Shown here: piece after piece, positions 38,537 to 50,800 of the stretch | How the letters are laid out: each line of letters starts with the position of its first letter | How positions within the stretch are numbered: the first letter of the stretch is position 1 | Virus record (IMG/VR): IMGVR_UViG_3300010389_000001 | Location: 168,534-232,533 of that record | Strand: one strand, 5' to 3' | Length of the DNA: 64,000 nucleotides | Program-made: the position numbers and the translations under genes | The notes under the pieces: generated by a model | Told to the model about the DNA's origin: nothing | Seen by the model: only the letters and a program-made list of their open reading frames with translations | Databases searched by the model: none

Positions 38537-41500
38537 ATGGCAAATTTTAGATCATTCAGCGAAATCGTTTCCTCGATGATACAGAGGCTTGGCTTATCAC
38601 AGCCTAATCTGGATACAAAGCCGGGCACTGTTTCTAGGGATGTTTTCATTGACCCTGTTGCCGATCAAATATCGAGACTCTATTCAACCTTATCTGTTGT
38701 TTCCGAAAAGCAATCTCTTGCGACAACTTCTGGTGCAGATTTAGATCGGTTGGCATCAAACTTTGGCGTAACAAGAAATACAGGCTCATCTGCAAACGGA
38801 CTTGTTATTTTTGCAACAAATAACTTGGCATCCGATATATCCATACCAAATGGCACTGTGGTTACCGCAAGAAATGGTGCGAGCTTTAGAACCATTGGAA
38901 ACTTTGTAATGGCATCTGCAGATAAAAATAGATACGCTGCGAATGCAACGAGGCTGAGAAGAGCGCTAAATATTGCGGGTTTAAATAGCACTTATGTAAT
39001 TGAAGTTCCGATACAGGCAGAAAGACCGGGAACTACAGGAAATGTTTCTTCGCTGCAAATTGTGAGAACAAATCTTCAGGCGACTTTATCTGTAATCAAC
39101 CTTGTTGCAACTACGGGCGGAATAAACCGCGAAACAGACGCTTCTTTTAGAGCAAGAATTCTATCTGTATTTAGTGGGGCAAATATAGGGACTTCTCTGG
39201 GGTATCGAAATGCCCTGCTTGGAGTGGACGGTGTCGTTGACGCGCTAGTCGTTGAACCGGGCAACTCTCTAATGCTCAGAGACGGAACAGAGACGATAGC
39301 CCTAGAGGATGGAACCAGCAGAATTCTGAATTCAGGGACGGGCGGAAAAGTTGATATATACGTTCTCGGAAGAAAGGTGGAGCCGGTAACTGAATCTTAT
39401 ATATTTACCGATTTCTCTGGAACCGGAGATATTAGCGATGAAAGAAATGATTTTATACTTGGTCAGGGAAATCAGGATAAGACGAGGACATCAGAGGAGA
39501 GAAGAGTTATAGCCTTTAGGGACGGAACTCTTCCGGCGCAACCAATAGACTCTATTGTTTCACTAGTAGGAAGTCAATCTGGCCCATTGACAGAAGCCTT
39601 TGTTGATGAGAATGGAGTTAAAAGAGGTAACTTCGAGTTAAAAAAAGACTTTAATGAAGACACGGGAGGCAGCCCGTTCGGCTTTGATAAGATTAGTTAT
39701 ATATCGAACATAAAGAAAGTAAGAGCAGAGCCTATAATTAAGGGAGAAAGATTCTCTCTAGACATACCAAGTTTTACCGACATTGATGTCCTTAACGGAG
39801 TCTATCTGGATAGAGTAGAGTCTGGAGAAAATGCCGATGTTAGCTCCGCTGGATCTAACTTCATTAAGCTAAAGCACGTTCCGGTAGTCAAGGTTACAAG
39901 CGTTCAGAACAAGACTACTGGTGAGATCTACTCTGTAGTTAATCAGAATTTAGAGAATGGACTTAACTACACGGGGCTGATAGAAATAAGCGGAAGATCA
40001 CTGCCTAATGCTTCGAACATTCTGAGTGTAAATTATACTTGGCGACAATTCTACGATAAGAATATTGATTTTTCCGGCGGAGATGACTATCAGTTTAAAG
40101 ATCCTAATGCTGGAGATGTTATAGATTGGAGTCAGACCGGAGGTATATTTGAAGAGGAGTCCGTAATATCAAGAACGGCTGACGATATAGACTATGAAGT
40201 AGAGCTTGATTACGATGTAAATAGAATTATATCTATCTATACAAAGGATATTGCCCAAGCAACGATCGAGTCCATCACAAGGCCTGACGGAACGACTGGA
40301 GTTGGAGCAAGATTGTCCCTAGACGATGAGGCTGTCACAAACATAATATCAATCAGAAGGGTTTCCGACGCCCTAGAGTTATATAATACGGAAAAGGCCG
40401 ATGGAGAATTTTCGTCTAGAGATATTTATCTTCCGTCTGACTCACAGGGCCTGATTGGTGATGAGATAGTAGTTGATTATAATAAGGTGGAGATATTTGA
40501 CTTAGACGGTACAGACGGATCATATTACGGAAATGTAGCGGTCCTACCATCCGAGGGCATCCTTGAGGCGGAGGGTCTTACCGAGCTGGTAGATTCAACG
40601 TTCTTGTCCGAAGACCCCGTGTACGTAACTTACGTTTATGATTCATCTTCAGTCTATCCTGCAACTCAGCTAACTGACCTCCCAATAACTGGTGACGACA
40701 ATTCTGATACCCTCTCTAGTGCCTCTGGGTCTGGGGCTGCCGGCTCCAATCAGCCTATATTCTTTGATCGCACTTCTGATTTTTCAGCAAATCCAATAAA
40801 TAGATTTGGCCCGACTTATCTATCTGTTTCGGTATCCGGAACAACGTCACCTGGTAAGATCAAAATTTTGGGCACATCCCTAAATGTGTATACACTAGAT
40901 ATAGTTGCAGGAGTAAGCATATCTGGCAGCAAGGTTGACTTGGAAACGGAAATAAAAAATGCACTTGGATTAAATGAGCTAAATGAAGACATCGGTATAG
41001 CCAGGATATTCTCAGTTTCAAAGCTTGATGGCAATGGTGATCCCAGCGATTTATTTAGCAAAGTTGGACACGGCCTATCTTCGATCGAGTTTACGGTTGG
41101 CACGGCAAGCTTGGATCAGACGCTTAACAATTATGAGTTTACGATACCGTCCAACGAGGTCAATCGCAACATCACTCTGTCATCATCAGATAGGGTTAGA
41201 GTAGAGCTTTGTGTTTATAATAGAAACGAGTCTGAAGAGCTTTTCTTTAGCGCTCCATCGGAGAGGACCACATCTAATCGTTACGGAAGAATCGCCAGCA
41301 TATCGGTATCATCAGGTTTTCGGGATAACATCGGCGGATTGACTGGCTCAGTATCTATTGCTTCATTAAATCAGCCACTATTGTCTAGCCAGTATCAAAT
41401 AGATTACGATTTTGTTTCTCCAAAAGAAGGCGAAAGAATTACGGTATCATACAATATAAATAAGCTTATACTTGATGCCACGAGGGAAATCGAAAGAGTC

Positions 41501-41857
41501 AGGCCGATTACTGCAGATGTCCTTGTGAAAGAAGCCGAGGAGATTCAGGTAGATGTTGCCGGTACAATTTTGATAAATGATGATGCACTAATCAATACGG
41601 ATAGTATTCTGGAAAGTGTATCGAATGCAGTAACAAACCTTCTTTCAACCTCTTCTCTCGGTGGCACAGTCGATTATTCAGATGTTATCGCTACCGCCGC
41701 AGCACAAAATGGTGTTGACTCAGTAAATATATCAATATTTAACGAAACAGAGCTTTCCGGAAGAAGGCCATTTATAAGAGCGCTTGATAATCAATATATT
41801 TCTCCAGGAGTAATATCTTTTGAGGCAGTGTCAAGAAATAAATTTAGAATCAACTAG
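38537..41857 (+). CDS. baseplate J-like wedge protein (enlarged, 1106 aa)
   Basis: Classical N-terminal motifs TSGADLDRLASNFGVTR, IPNGTVVT, AERPGTTGNV, GGINRETDASFRARI, ALLGVDGVVDA; J-like C-terminus (DVIATAAAQNGVDSV). Confidence 0.9.
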   Translation: MANFRSFSEIVSSMIQRLGLSQPNLDTKPGTVSRDVFIDPVADQISRLYSTLSVVSEKQSLATTSGADLDRLASNFGVTRNTGSSANGLVIFATNNLASDISIPNGTVVTARNGASFRTIGNFVMASADKNRYAANATRLRRALNIAGLNSTYVIEVPIQAERPGTTGNVSSLQIVRTNLQATLSVINLVATTGGINRETDASFRARILSVFSGANIGTSLGYRNALLGVDGVVDALVVEPGNSLMLRDGTETIALEDGTSRILNSGTGGKVDIYVLGRKVEPVTESYIFTDFSGTGDISDERNDFILGQGNQDKTRTSEERRVIAFRDGTLPAQPIDSIVSLVGSQSGPLTEAFVDENGVKRGNFELKKDFNEDTGGSPFGFDKISYISNIKKVRAEPIIKGERFSLDIPSFTDIDVLNGVYLDRVESGENADVSSAGSNFIKLKHVPVVKVTSVQNKTTGEIYSVVNQNLENGLNYTGLIEISGRSLPNASNILSVNYTWRQFYDKNIDFSGGDDYQFKDPNAGDVIDWSQTGGIFEEESVISRTADDIDYEVELDYDVNRIISIYTKDIAQATIESITRPDGTTGVGARLSLDDEAVTNIISIRRVSDALELYNTEKADGEFSSRDIYLPSDSQGLIGDEIVVDYNKVEIFDLDGTDGSYYGNVAVLPSEGILEAEGLTELVDSTFLSEDPVYVTYVYDSSSVYPATQLTDLPITGDDNSDTLSSASGSGAAGSNQPIFFDRTSDFSANPINRFGPTYLSVSVSGTTSPGKIKILGTSLNVYTLDIVAGVSISGSKVDLETEIKNALGLNELNEDIGIARIFSVSKLDGNGDPSDLFSKVGHGLSSIEFTVGTASLDQTLNNYEFTIPSNEVNRNITLSSSDRVRVELCVYNRNESEELFFSAPSERTTSNRYGRIASISVSSGFRDNIGGLTGSVSIASLNQPLLSSQYQIDYDFVSPKEGERITVSYNINKLILDATREIERVRPITADVLVKEAEEIQVDVAGTILINDDALINTDSILESVSNAVTNLLSTSSLGGTVDYSDVIATAAAQNGVDSVNISIFNETELSGRRPFIRALDNQYISPGVISFEAVSRNKFRIN

Positions 41858-41865
41858 GAATAGCA

Positions 41866-44800
41866 ATGCTTAGACCTGTATCATTTTCTGCAATTTCAAG
41901 CACTGAGCTTAAAATTGTTTTTAACAAAAAGTTAAGCCAATTAATTACCAAAGATAACTTTCTAATAACGTCAATCGACGGTAACACAGAGGGACTGGAA
42001 ATATCTGGCGTTACCGTGGATGACAACGTAGTTGTCTTAAAGACTAGACCTCAGACTTCTGGCAATTATTATCTACTAAGCCTGCTAGATCTAGATGATA
42101 TTAAGTTTAAATCAGAAAATGGCATCGGCCTAATAAACGATGATGTTTCAAGGCAGCTTTACTTTGTAGGTATAAGCAATAGAAATCCGATTAAAGATAG
42201 CATATATCAGGTTCTACCAGATATATATTCACTACAGAACTCGAACATATCTAATATAGTAGACGCTCAAGCAGAGCAGATTTACAAAGCTCAGAAAAGT
42301 GTCGGCGAAGTTCTTTCTGATAACTATATAAAGCAAACTGTTGTAGATGAGCTGCGCACAAGAGCGCCTGGAGCTACAGATAGGCTGGCCAACGAGAACG
42401 CTTACGCTGTAGATAGGGTGTCTAAGGAGCCTACCGGGGATTTGCTGAGGTTCAAATCGCTTCAGTATAATGAGGATTCTGCTGTACCTGGAAATAACTC
42501 TTTTCCAAATTACCCAGTGTCTCTTCAGGAAGAATATGTAGAGCTTGAGGAGGTTTCTTTATTTTCAGAAAACAATTCATTTAAAAACTTTACTCTGTCT
42601 CTTTCAAACAAGAATGTCATATCTGTCAAAGAGATTATTTACATAAAGCCAGATGATACTGAGGACTGTGATGGGAATCTTGGCACGAGATATCGGCTGG
42701 ATATTTATAAGTACTCCTTAGCAGAAAATAAGTACGATCCGAATTTTGCATTTAAAAATATAAATCTAGAATCAAATCAGGTCCAAATATCCGAGTTTGG
42801 AAATATTCAGAGACCAGGCTTTAATGATAAATTTTTAGTTTCTTATGTTTATAAGGATTTGTCGACTAATGTTGATGAAGAAACTCTGCAGGTCTTTAAT
42901 ATAGTCGATGTGCCGAGCGAGAGCGTGCCTTCAAGCTCTACTAGATTCTTTATTAAGAATGCCCCCATTGTTGATTTTGAGGGCGAGACTGGCGATCTTG
43001 GCGATATTGTCTTTTCTACAAATGAGAATGCTATCGAATCAGGCAATCCTTTTCGCAAGGAAATTGCATTTAATTCATCCAAATTGCCTTCTGAGATTGG
43101 CGAATATACGGTAAATTACGCTACTGGCGAAGTGATTGTAGCTGGAGCGAATTTTGTTGGAGAGGGTACCGGAAGGGTCGCCTATACCGCTGCATATTCT
43201 TACAAAAATAGCTTTACGAGAAATCTAGATTACTACGTAAAGGATAATGATATAGTTGCCACTCCGAACAGGTCGCTGGCCGAGAGCGAAGTTGAGCTAG
43301 AGTTTGGCTACGAGAAGATTCTGGTAAAAGATATTGACTATAAAGCCGACTGCCATGTAGAAGTAATAAATGAGCAGGTAAAAAATGACATAGTCTCATC
43401 ATTTGTTATTCGAACAAAAAAGCATCCAATTACAAATGTTTTTAAGATCTTCAACCAGACTACCGGTGAGATTTATCAGCCAGTTTACTACTCGAATACT
43501 GATATCCAGTTTTCTGGCAGAAGATCTCCAGAAATAAGGGAAGCTTATGAGGTTGCAAGTTTTGCGCAATCAGACAGGGAAGACCTTATTCCGTCTGGCT
43601 CATTTGTAATCCCGGCCTTCTCTGTCTCAATTGACGCAATTCCGTCTAATGCAAACATAAGAATATCTCCCGGAATTCCCAGCGAGCTTATAAGCGCAGG
43701 AACAACGACCTACTTTATAAGAAGCTTCGGACTAAATGGCACTGATGCTGTCGAAGATATAGAGATAAAGTTTTTTGGAGAGCCTGATTCAAACGGGTTA
43801 ATAAATAGTATCGGCATTTTAAGTACAGCTCAGCCACCATCCTTGTTTGAAGAGGTTACTATAGGCCCCGCTGGATATGCGTTTGATTTATCTAATGCGA
43901 TGATTATTTCTGATACAGATAGCTACATTGGATCATTTTTAAATACTTCTGCTGACTTTTCTGATAAAGATCTTTTCGGGGCAGAGAAATTTTATGAGCC
44001 CCTATCTCTTGCTCCGGAGCTAAAGAGGGTTAATTCAGAAAGCTTTTTATCAACCATAGAGTACGATAGCTATGATGGGTTTATCGACAATATTTCAAGA
44101 TTAAGAATATCTGGAGATTACTCTGTAGACTATGAAAACGGAAGAGTATATGTTGCGACTAATAACTTTAATGTCGAAGGCTTTGGCGTTATAACCTACA
44201 GGTACAATTCGGCCTTGACCAGAAGCAAGAATGTTATAGCGGTAACTGAAGCCTCAAGAAAGATTAATGAATCAAATTCCGTCTTTGATTCGGCTAAAAA
44301 CTATGACAATATTTCAAATGATTTTGAGTCTATATCTGTGCTTGATCTGGAAAGTTCTACGACTTTGTGGGCAAACTCTTTTGCCTTAGACTTAGATAAT
44401 AATTCAAGAGAAACAAATGTTATTCTCGATGACTACACAGTCGTGCTGCAGAATAACATAAAGTCCATAAGATCAGTTGTAGATTACAAATATATTTATG
44501 GAGAAAATTTAAACTATACCGATCCGGACAGCAGAGTCTCCGAGCTTTCTTCTGGCGAGCTAATCGGCAATAATGATTATAACCTTTACGTTCCAGGTGT
44601 AACAAGCTTCGAAAAAAATGTATTAGATTTAAAGCGTTATTACTCAACTAAAGTTTTCTCAAATGAAGATAACTTTATAATAAGGGTAAATGACCCTATG
44701 GCGTCCGGAGTTTACAGGGCGATCTATAACCCTACGGGCGAAGAAATTTTTGATGAAAAGCTAAATGTAACAAAAATTTCTGATATGCTTATCGTTGCAA

Positions 44801-47800
44801 CTGGCACTGATGGCACCGGGCTCTATGCTGAAATAAAGTCTGGTCCGAATCTATCGCTTATAGATACTGATGGCGATTTCTTGCTTGATCTAAACGGTTC
44901 AAGGTTTGTAATCACTGGCGTTGATGAGCTTCTTTCGAGAATTTACATAGACTCTCCGGCTGCCAATGCATCCGATAAATTTGAGCCAGAACTCGGAGCG
45001 GCAGAAGTTATAAACAAAGTAACGATAGAATACAATGATGCCGGAATAGTCATATCCATTCCGACTGACTCATTCCTTTCTAATGGGGACTCTGTTACTG
45101 TCGAATACATTACGGAAAATATTCCGACTATAGGTACGAGGCTCGCTGTAGATTATAATTACGGATCACTTTACCTATCCTATAGCTTCCTTTACGATGA
45201 TCTTTATGTCTCTTATGAATATGGCGATAACGAAATTGATTGGTCAATCAGCGATTCAATCGAAGAAGGCGAAGAGTACTATGTAAGCTACAGATATGGC
45301 GCGCTAAGAGACGCTCTACGAAATAACTTTGGCATATTGACAAAGATTCCTTTCTTTCAAAACTTTGACCTTACTACCGACCGAGAAGTTTATCGAGATG
45401 CCCTGAGCGGAACGATAGAGTCTTTCGCCACAGGCCCGACGCTGCCTTCTTTCGAAAATCTAATAGAATCCTTTACTGACATGACGCCGGAAATATCCGA
45501 AACGGCATTCAGTACCTGGGTGTTGGGAAGAAATTATCTCGATCCAGAAAAGGTTGTTGCCGATGGTAATCTTGAATTTTTGCCATCCAAATTTAATGAT
45601 GGACTCTTGATTAAAGATGGCATAACTGTTACTACACCATCTCTTTCAAATATAAATTTAACAGAGGGCACAGTTTCTGCTTGGCTAACTCCAAACTGGA
45701 ATGGTATCGATAATGATGCTGAAATAGAAATTGAAATTGATAACCTTGGCGAAAAAGTTTATTCTTATATGAATGGTCAAAATCCATTCGATTTTGAATC
45801 GAATTTCAGACTATTTTCAGAAAAAGATAACTTTAGCATTATTGATAGCTCAAGAGGCGGAATAACAGCAAATAACAAAAGAGTTTATTTAGATGGCGAA
45901 GATGAGAAGATCGAGTTTTCCAGCTACCTACTAAGTAAAGAAGATGCTCTTCTAAACAGAATCTCTAGATCCAAGCTGGAAGTAGAACTTTCTTTTAATT
46001 ATTTCTTTAAAAATGGACTCTATGATTTTGGTAAATCTTTTGATGAATTATCAGGCGGCTTTGGTGATTACGGATCCAATGTAAATGCGGCAGCCCTATC
46101 AGAGTTCATAGCAGGAAGCTTAATCGTAGACGATAGCAATAAAAGTATAGTAACACTATTTTCATTAAAGCCATTGCTTGTAAACAATTATGAGCTTGCA
46201 GTGTTTGCTATCGACGAATTTGATATAACTAAAAATGATTTTGATAAATATGATCGATATCATAAAACATCACTTTGCTCATGCGCAATAAAAGATACGG
46301 TTGATACCTTATCCTTATTTAGGGATAAAGACTTTAATGCTGTAACCGTTACTTTTGATGCTGCCGTTAGTACTCAGCTAATGCTTGATACCGATGTTGT
46401 GACTGATAGTGGAGCTAATGCCTTTGTCTTTATAGACTCAAGCGAAAATATCTTTAAGGTTATGGCATTCTTAAACTCTGATTTGGAAGAAGTAACTGGA
46501 TCCATACCTGAAGAGATATTTGGAGTAGTTGTAAGCAGAATTCCGATTAATAAGCCTGAGATATCAGCCATGGGATCTGACGCTATAAACTCAACTTATC
46601 CATCTGGAGCATGTGTATTGGCCTATGGTACGGCGACAATATTAACTGATAGCAATACCGCCTCTAATAAGATTTTTGGATATGAAGAAAAGAGCTTTGT
46701 TCTTGATCTGATGAGCGATATTTCAATAACAGTAGATAGAAGGCCTGTAGAAAATACTGTAAATATACTCTTAAATGCAGAGTCTATAGATCTGTTTTAT
46801 ACTGATGTAATTGATTCGAGCGATAGCTCATTTTACTCAGTCTTTGGCTTAGATGAGCTGGCAGGAGATCCTACCACTTCTGAGTATGGATCATTATCCA
46901 TAGGTTCTTTGCAGTCAGAGATTAACTCCGAAATAAATATAACAAAGTTTGTTTATACTCTAAATAATCGCTTTAATTTAAACGATATATTTATCGGTAA
47001 GAACGGACTATCTCCTAAAACAAACCCATTTAAGATATCAAAAGAAAGCTTCTACCCGATTGGTTCTTCTCCGTATAACTTGCAGGATGATGAAGGAATA
47101 TTTATTTGGTATGACGAACTTTGCAGCTCAGAGCTGTCGAGCGATGCAGGCCAGTGGATATTTAGAAGCCGTATAGCAGAGGATGCGAATGTACCTGTTG
47201 ATGTTGTAGTAACTGGTGAAGACTATTTCTTTGTTTATGACCTAGTTCCGCTGAATTACAACCTAACCGGAAGGCTAATTACGGATGGTGAATTTTCATC
47301 AGTCAACAGGTCGCATAGAAAAGAGGATTCTAGCTGCGCCGATGGAGTTATTTGCTCTTCCTCGTTTAGGTATTGTGGTGATGGCAAGCTTGAGGATTCT
47401 GGCTGGCTAAAAATAAATGAGACTAATTCAGATATAATTAATGCAATTATTGGGGGCTCTCAAAACGACAGAGGGCATTGGGCTAAGACTGTGGACTTTG
47501 GTACATCCAACTCATCTGGAATTTACACCATTGGACCATCTATATTTGATGAAAACTCAGATGGAAACAACTCTGTTTACACTCCAATGCCATGTCCCGG
47601 TGGCAATTATTCTGTGTCAGTTAACTTCAGGGTAGATAGTTATGAAGAAACTGAGCTAAGTACATTTAGCGGAGATATCTCCGGCAAATCTGTGGGTATA
47701 GCGCCAATCCATGTATTCGATGGAGAAATAAACATCAAGCTGATGCTTGGAGTCACAAATGCCGGTCAGAGCGTCATACTGGTTATCGATGCACATGCCC

Positions 47801-50800
47801 TTGAAATCGTTGATATAGCTTACTTTGAATGGCAGAATAGCAGCTTTAACAAGATCGTCCTAAGAAAGGCTGACGATCAAATATTTGTAGAGACAGAAAC
47901 AGAGATCATATCTAGGCTTTCTACTTATGATTTTGAGACAGCTCAATATGACAGTTGCGATATAATGTCTGAACCATTTTTCGCAATAAACCTTTTTGAT
48001 TCAGCATCATTAAACGCACAGGCGTTCCATCAGTCATTCCCTGGAAATGTGATGTCTATTTCCCTAATTGAATTCGATGGCATTCATACTGATGGCCAAG
48101 ACCTTCTGGATGACAAAGATACTTATATCTCAACCGATAAAAAGATCGAATTCTCATTCTTCGCGGAGAAGCTTGTTGATGGATATGAAGATGGATATAT
48201 TGACGACTACCTTGACGGTTATGTTGACGGATATGGTGATGAGGTATCATTTGATGTCGATGAGCTTCGCTTTACATCCGACAAGTTAAGATATCTTTTT
48301 GACTCAGGAGAGTCTGACAGCAAGAATCGTATATCAATATTTAAGGATGGCAAGGGCTTCTTGAACTTCAGGGTTTATGACAATGGGTTTACAACCAATG
48401 GTTATCCTGCAATGTACAATATTGCAAAAAATATAAAGAACTTTAAAGCAGGAGAGATTCATCACATTGCTGCAAGCTGGAGGTTAAATACCTTATATGA
48501 AAAAGATGAGATGCATCTTTTTGTTGACGGACAAGAGGCTCCAAATATATTTAGATTCGGCGGCCCAATTAAGGCAAAGATAAATGATAAGTTCTCTGGA
48601 ATAGAGAAGGAAACATTGCAGGATTTTATAACAGATCTAATTACCTACTATCCGGTTATTAGTGATGGTACAATTTTAGCAGGTTCTGCTACACTATCAT
48701 CTTCGCTATTTGAGTTCACCCCTGAGATGTATGGTAGAGCGATAATATTTAGTTCATCTGAAGATGCCAGCATATACGTTGGAGGGAAATACATTATCGG
48801 CCAGAAGGTTGGCAATGGCGTTACGATACTTGATCCAGATACCCTTCTTCCCGTCATCTTTAATGTTTCCGCGAATGATATCAACTTCTCTCTTGCCCCC
48901 TCGGCAGGTATAAAGAGCGCTATAAATACCGATCTTGTTAATTCATCATTCTCAATCTATATAACGAAATGTGATCAGAGCGAGGAAGAGATCGGCGGAA
49001 CTAAGTATAGTGTAAAAAATGGGCAGATAACAATCGAAAATGAAGGATCCGTCATTAGCCCCAAGTATCGGACAAACGCGCAGTCTGGCATAATAGAGTT
49101 TGTTGGCCTAGACAAAGATTGCAATTGGAATACAACCGTAAGCATATCCGACCTAGATATTCACATAAAAACTTTTGGATTGCTATTTAGGGGAGTTAAC
49201 GAAAGAGTTCACCTATCTAGTTCGTCATATCTTCCCGGCTCTTCTTACCTTGAGCCTGTGAAGCATACGGGCCAAAGCTACCTAAAGACGCTTGGCGGCA
49301 AGAGCGTATTTATGGCCCATGCAGTTGAGCCCATATCTCTATCATCAGTAAGCATAACGAGAATCGTAAAAGAAAGATATATACCAGAGTGTACAATAAC
49401 TCCTGGATTCGAAAACTACTCTGCAACTTTTCTTACAGATATAAGCGATTCAAAGCTATCATCAGAGTATGAAAGAGTTTCAAAGACTAACTTTGGAAGA
49501 TATTTAACCTTAAATGTTGATTCAGACAATATTATCTTCTGCGAAGAAATGGTAGATGGTTATTCGGAGGAAGAAAATATACTGATTATCAGAGGAGAAA
49601 CTGTAGACGGCTCAAACTTTGAGGAATTTGAAGTAAGAGGAAACGGAGATATAGTTGGCGAAAAACTATTCCTTACCGTTGACTCAATTGAGGGCAGCTT
49701 AACTTTGGCCGACCCATATTATGAGCCGCTTGTCATTGAGCTAAAAGAGCGAGATCCAATAACTGTTCAAAATAGCAGTGGGGAATACGCAGAAATATTC
49801 AAATATTACAATGGAAGCTTTATAATAAGCTCGTATGGAACAGACGGCGCTATACCATTTGAGCTTGTATCTGGAGATTATATCGTAAAGTATCCGGCAT
49901 TCTTAAATGTAAAGATTCCCAATGTTGGGCACGACTTATTCTTTGGAACAGATTTCGAGGGGAGCAATTCAATAAATGGAATCATTGACGATCTAAAGAT
50001 CATAACAGAAATGTCATCAGATACAAGAGTTTATGAGAAGTTTACAAGTGGAACCAGAAGTATAACGAGAGACTTTGTCTCGCCTAATCCAGCTTGCTAC
50101 GATGATCAAACTCTACTATTAGTTAATTTTGATAATCCAATTGATCTGCAGTCAAGAAGGCTGAGACAGAAAGAGTTTTTGAATAAAGAATTTAACTATA
50201 AGTTTAAGTTAGACTTGGATGACAGAGAAAGGCTGCTTGAGGTCATAAATAACCAGGCAGAATTTGAGTCTCGTATGATAAGGCTTGGTTTTGATGCAGA
50301 TGTTGCAAGACAAACCTTTATTGAGTGTAATCAGGCGGAAGGCGGTCCTCTATTTAATGATGCAAGGTATGTCCGAAATGACAAAATGCTTGTTAGCTCG
50401 ATGAGCGTTAATGATAACTTTGGATTATCTGGCATTTTTGCCGGCAGACGCCCAGTAACACTAAATAATGATCTTTCTATATTCAGAAAGAATGGTGGTA
50501 CGATTGAATTCTGGGTTAGCCCAATTCTAGATACACTAAATGACTCAACTTTAAGGTATTATGTGGATATATCTTCGGTAAATACAAAGAGGGTTCAGTC
50601 TACATCTCCCATCGAGATTGAGCTGCCGAGCCCTGCCGGCAAGATACTTAGCGTAAAACTTCTAGATCGGAGCAAGAGGTTTGCAAAATTCTATAATAAG
50701 GATGAAGAAGATAGCATCCTCTTTGATGAAATTGAAAGAAGCAACCTCTCCGGACTTCTAGATGGCGGTACGGGCGTTTCAAAGGATTTCTCAAGAGGAT

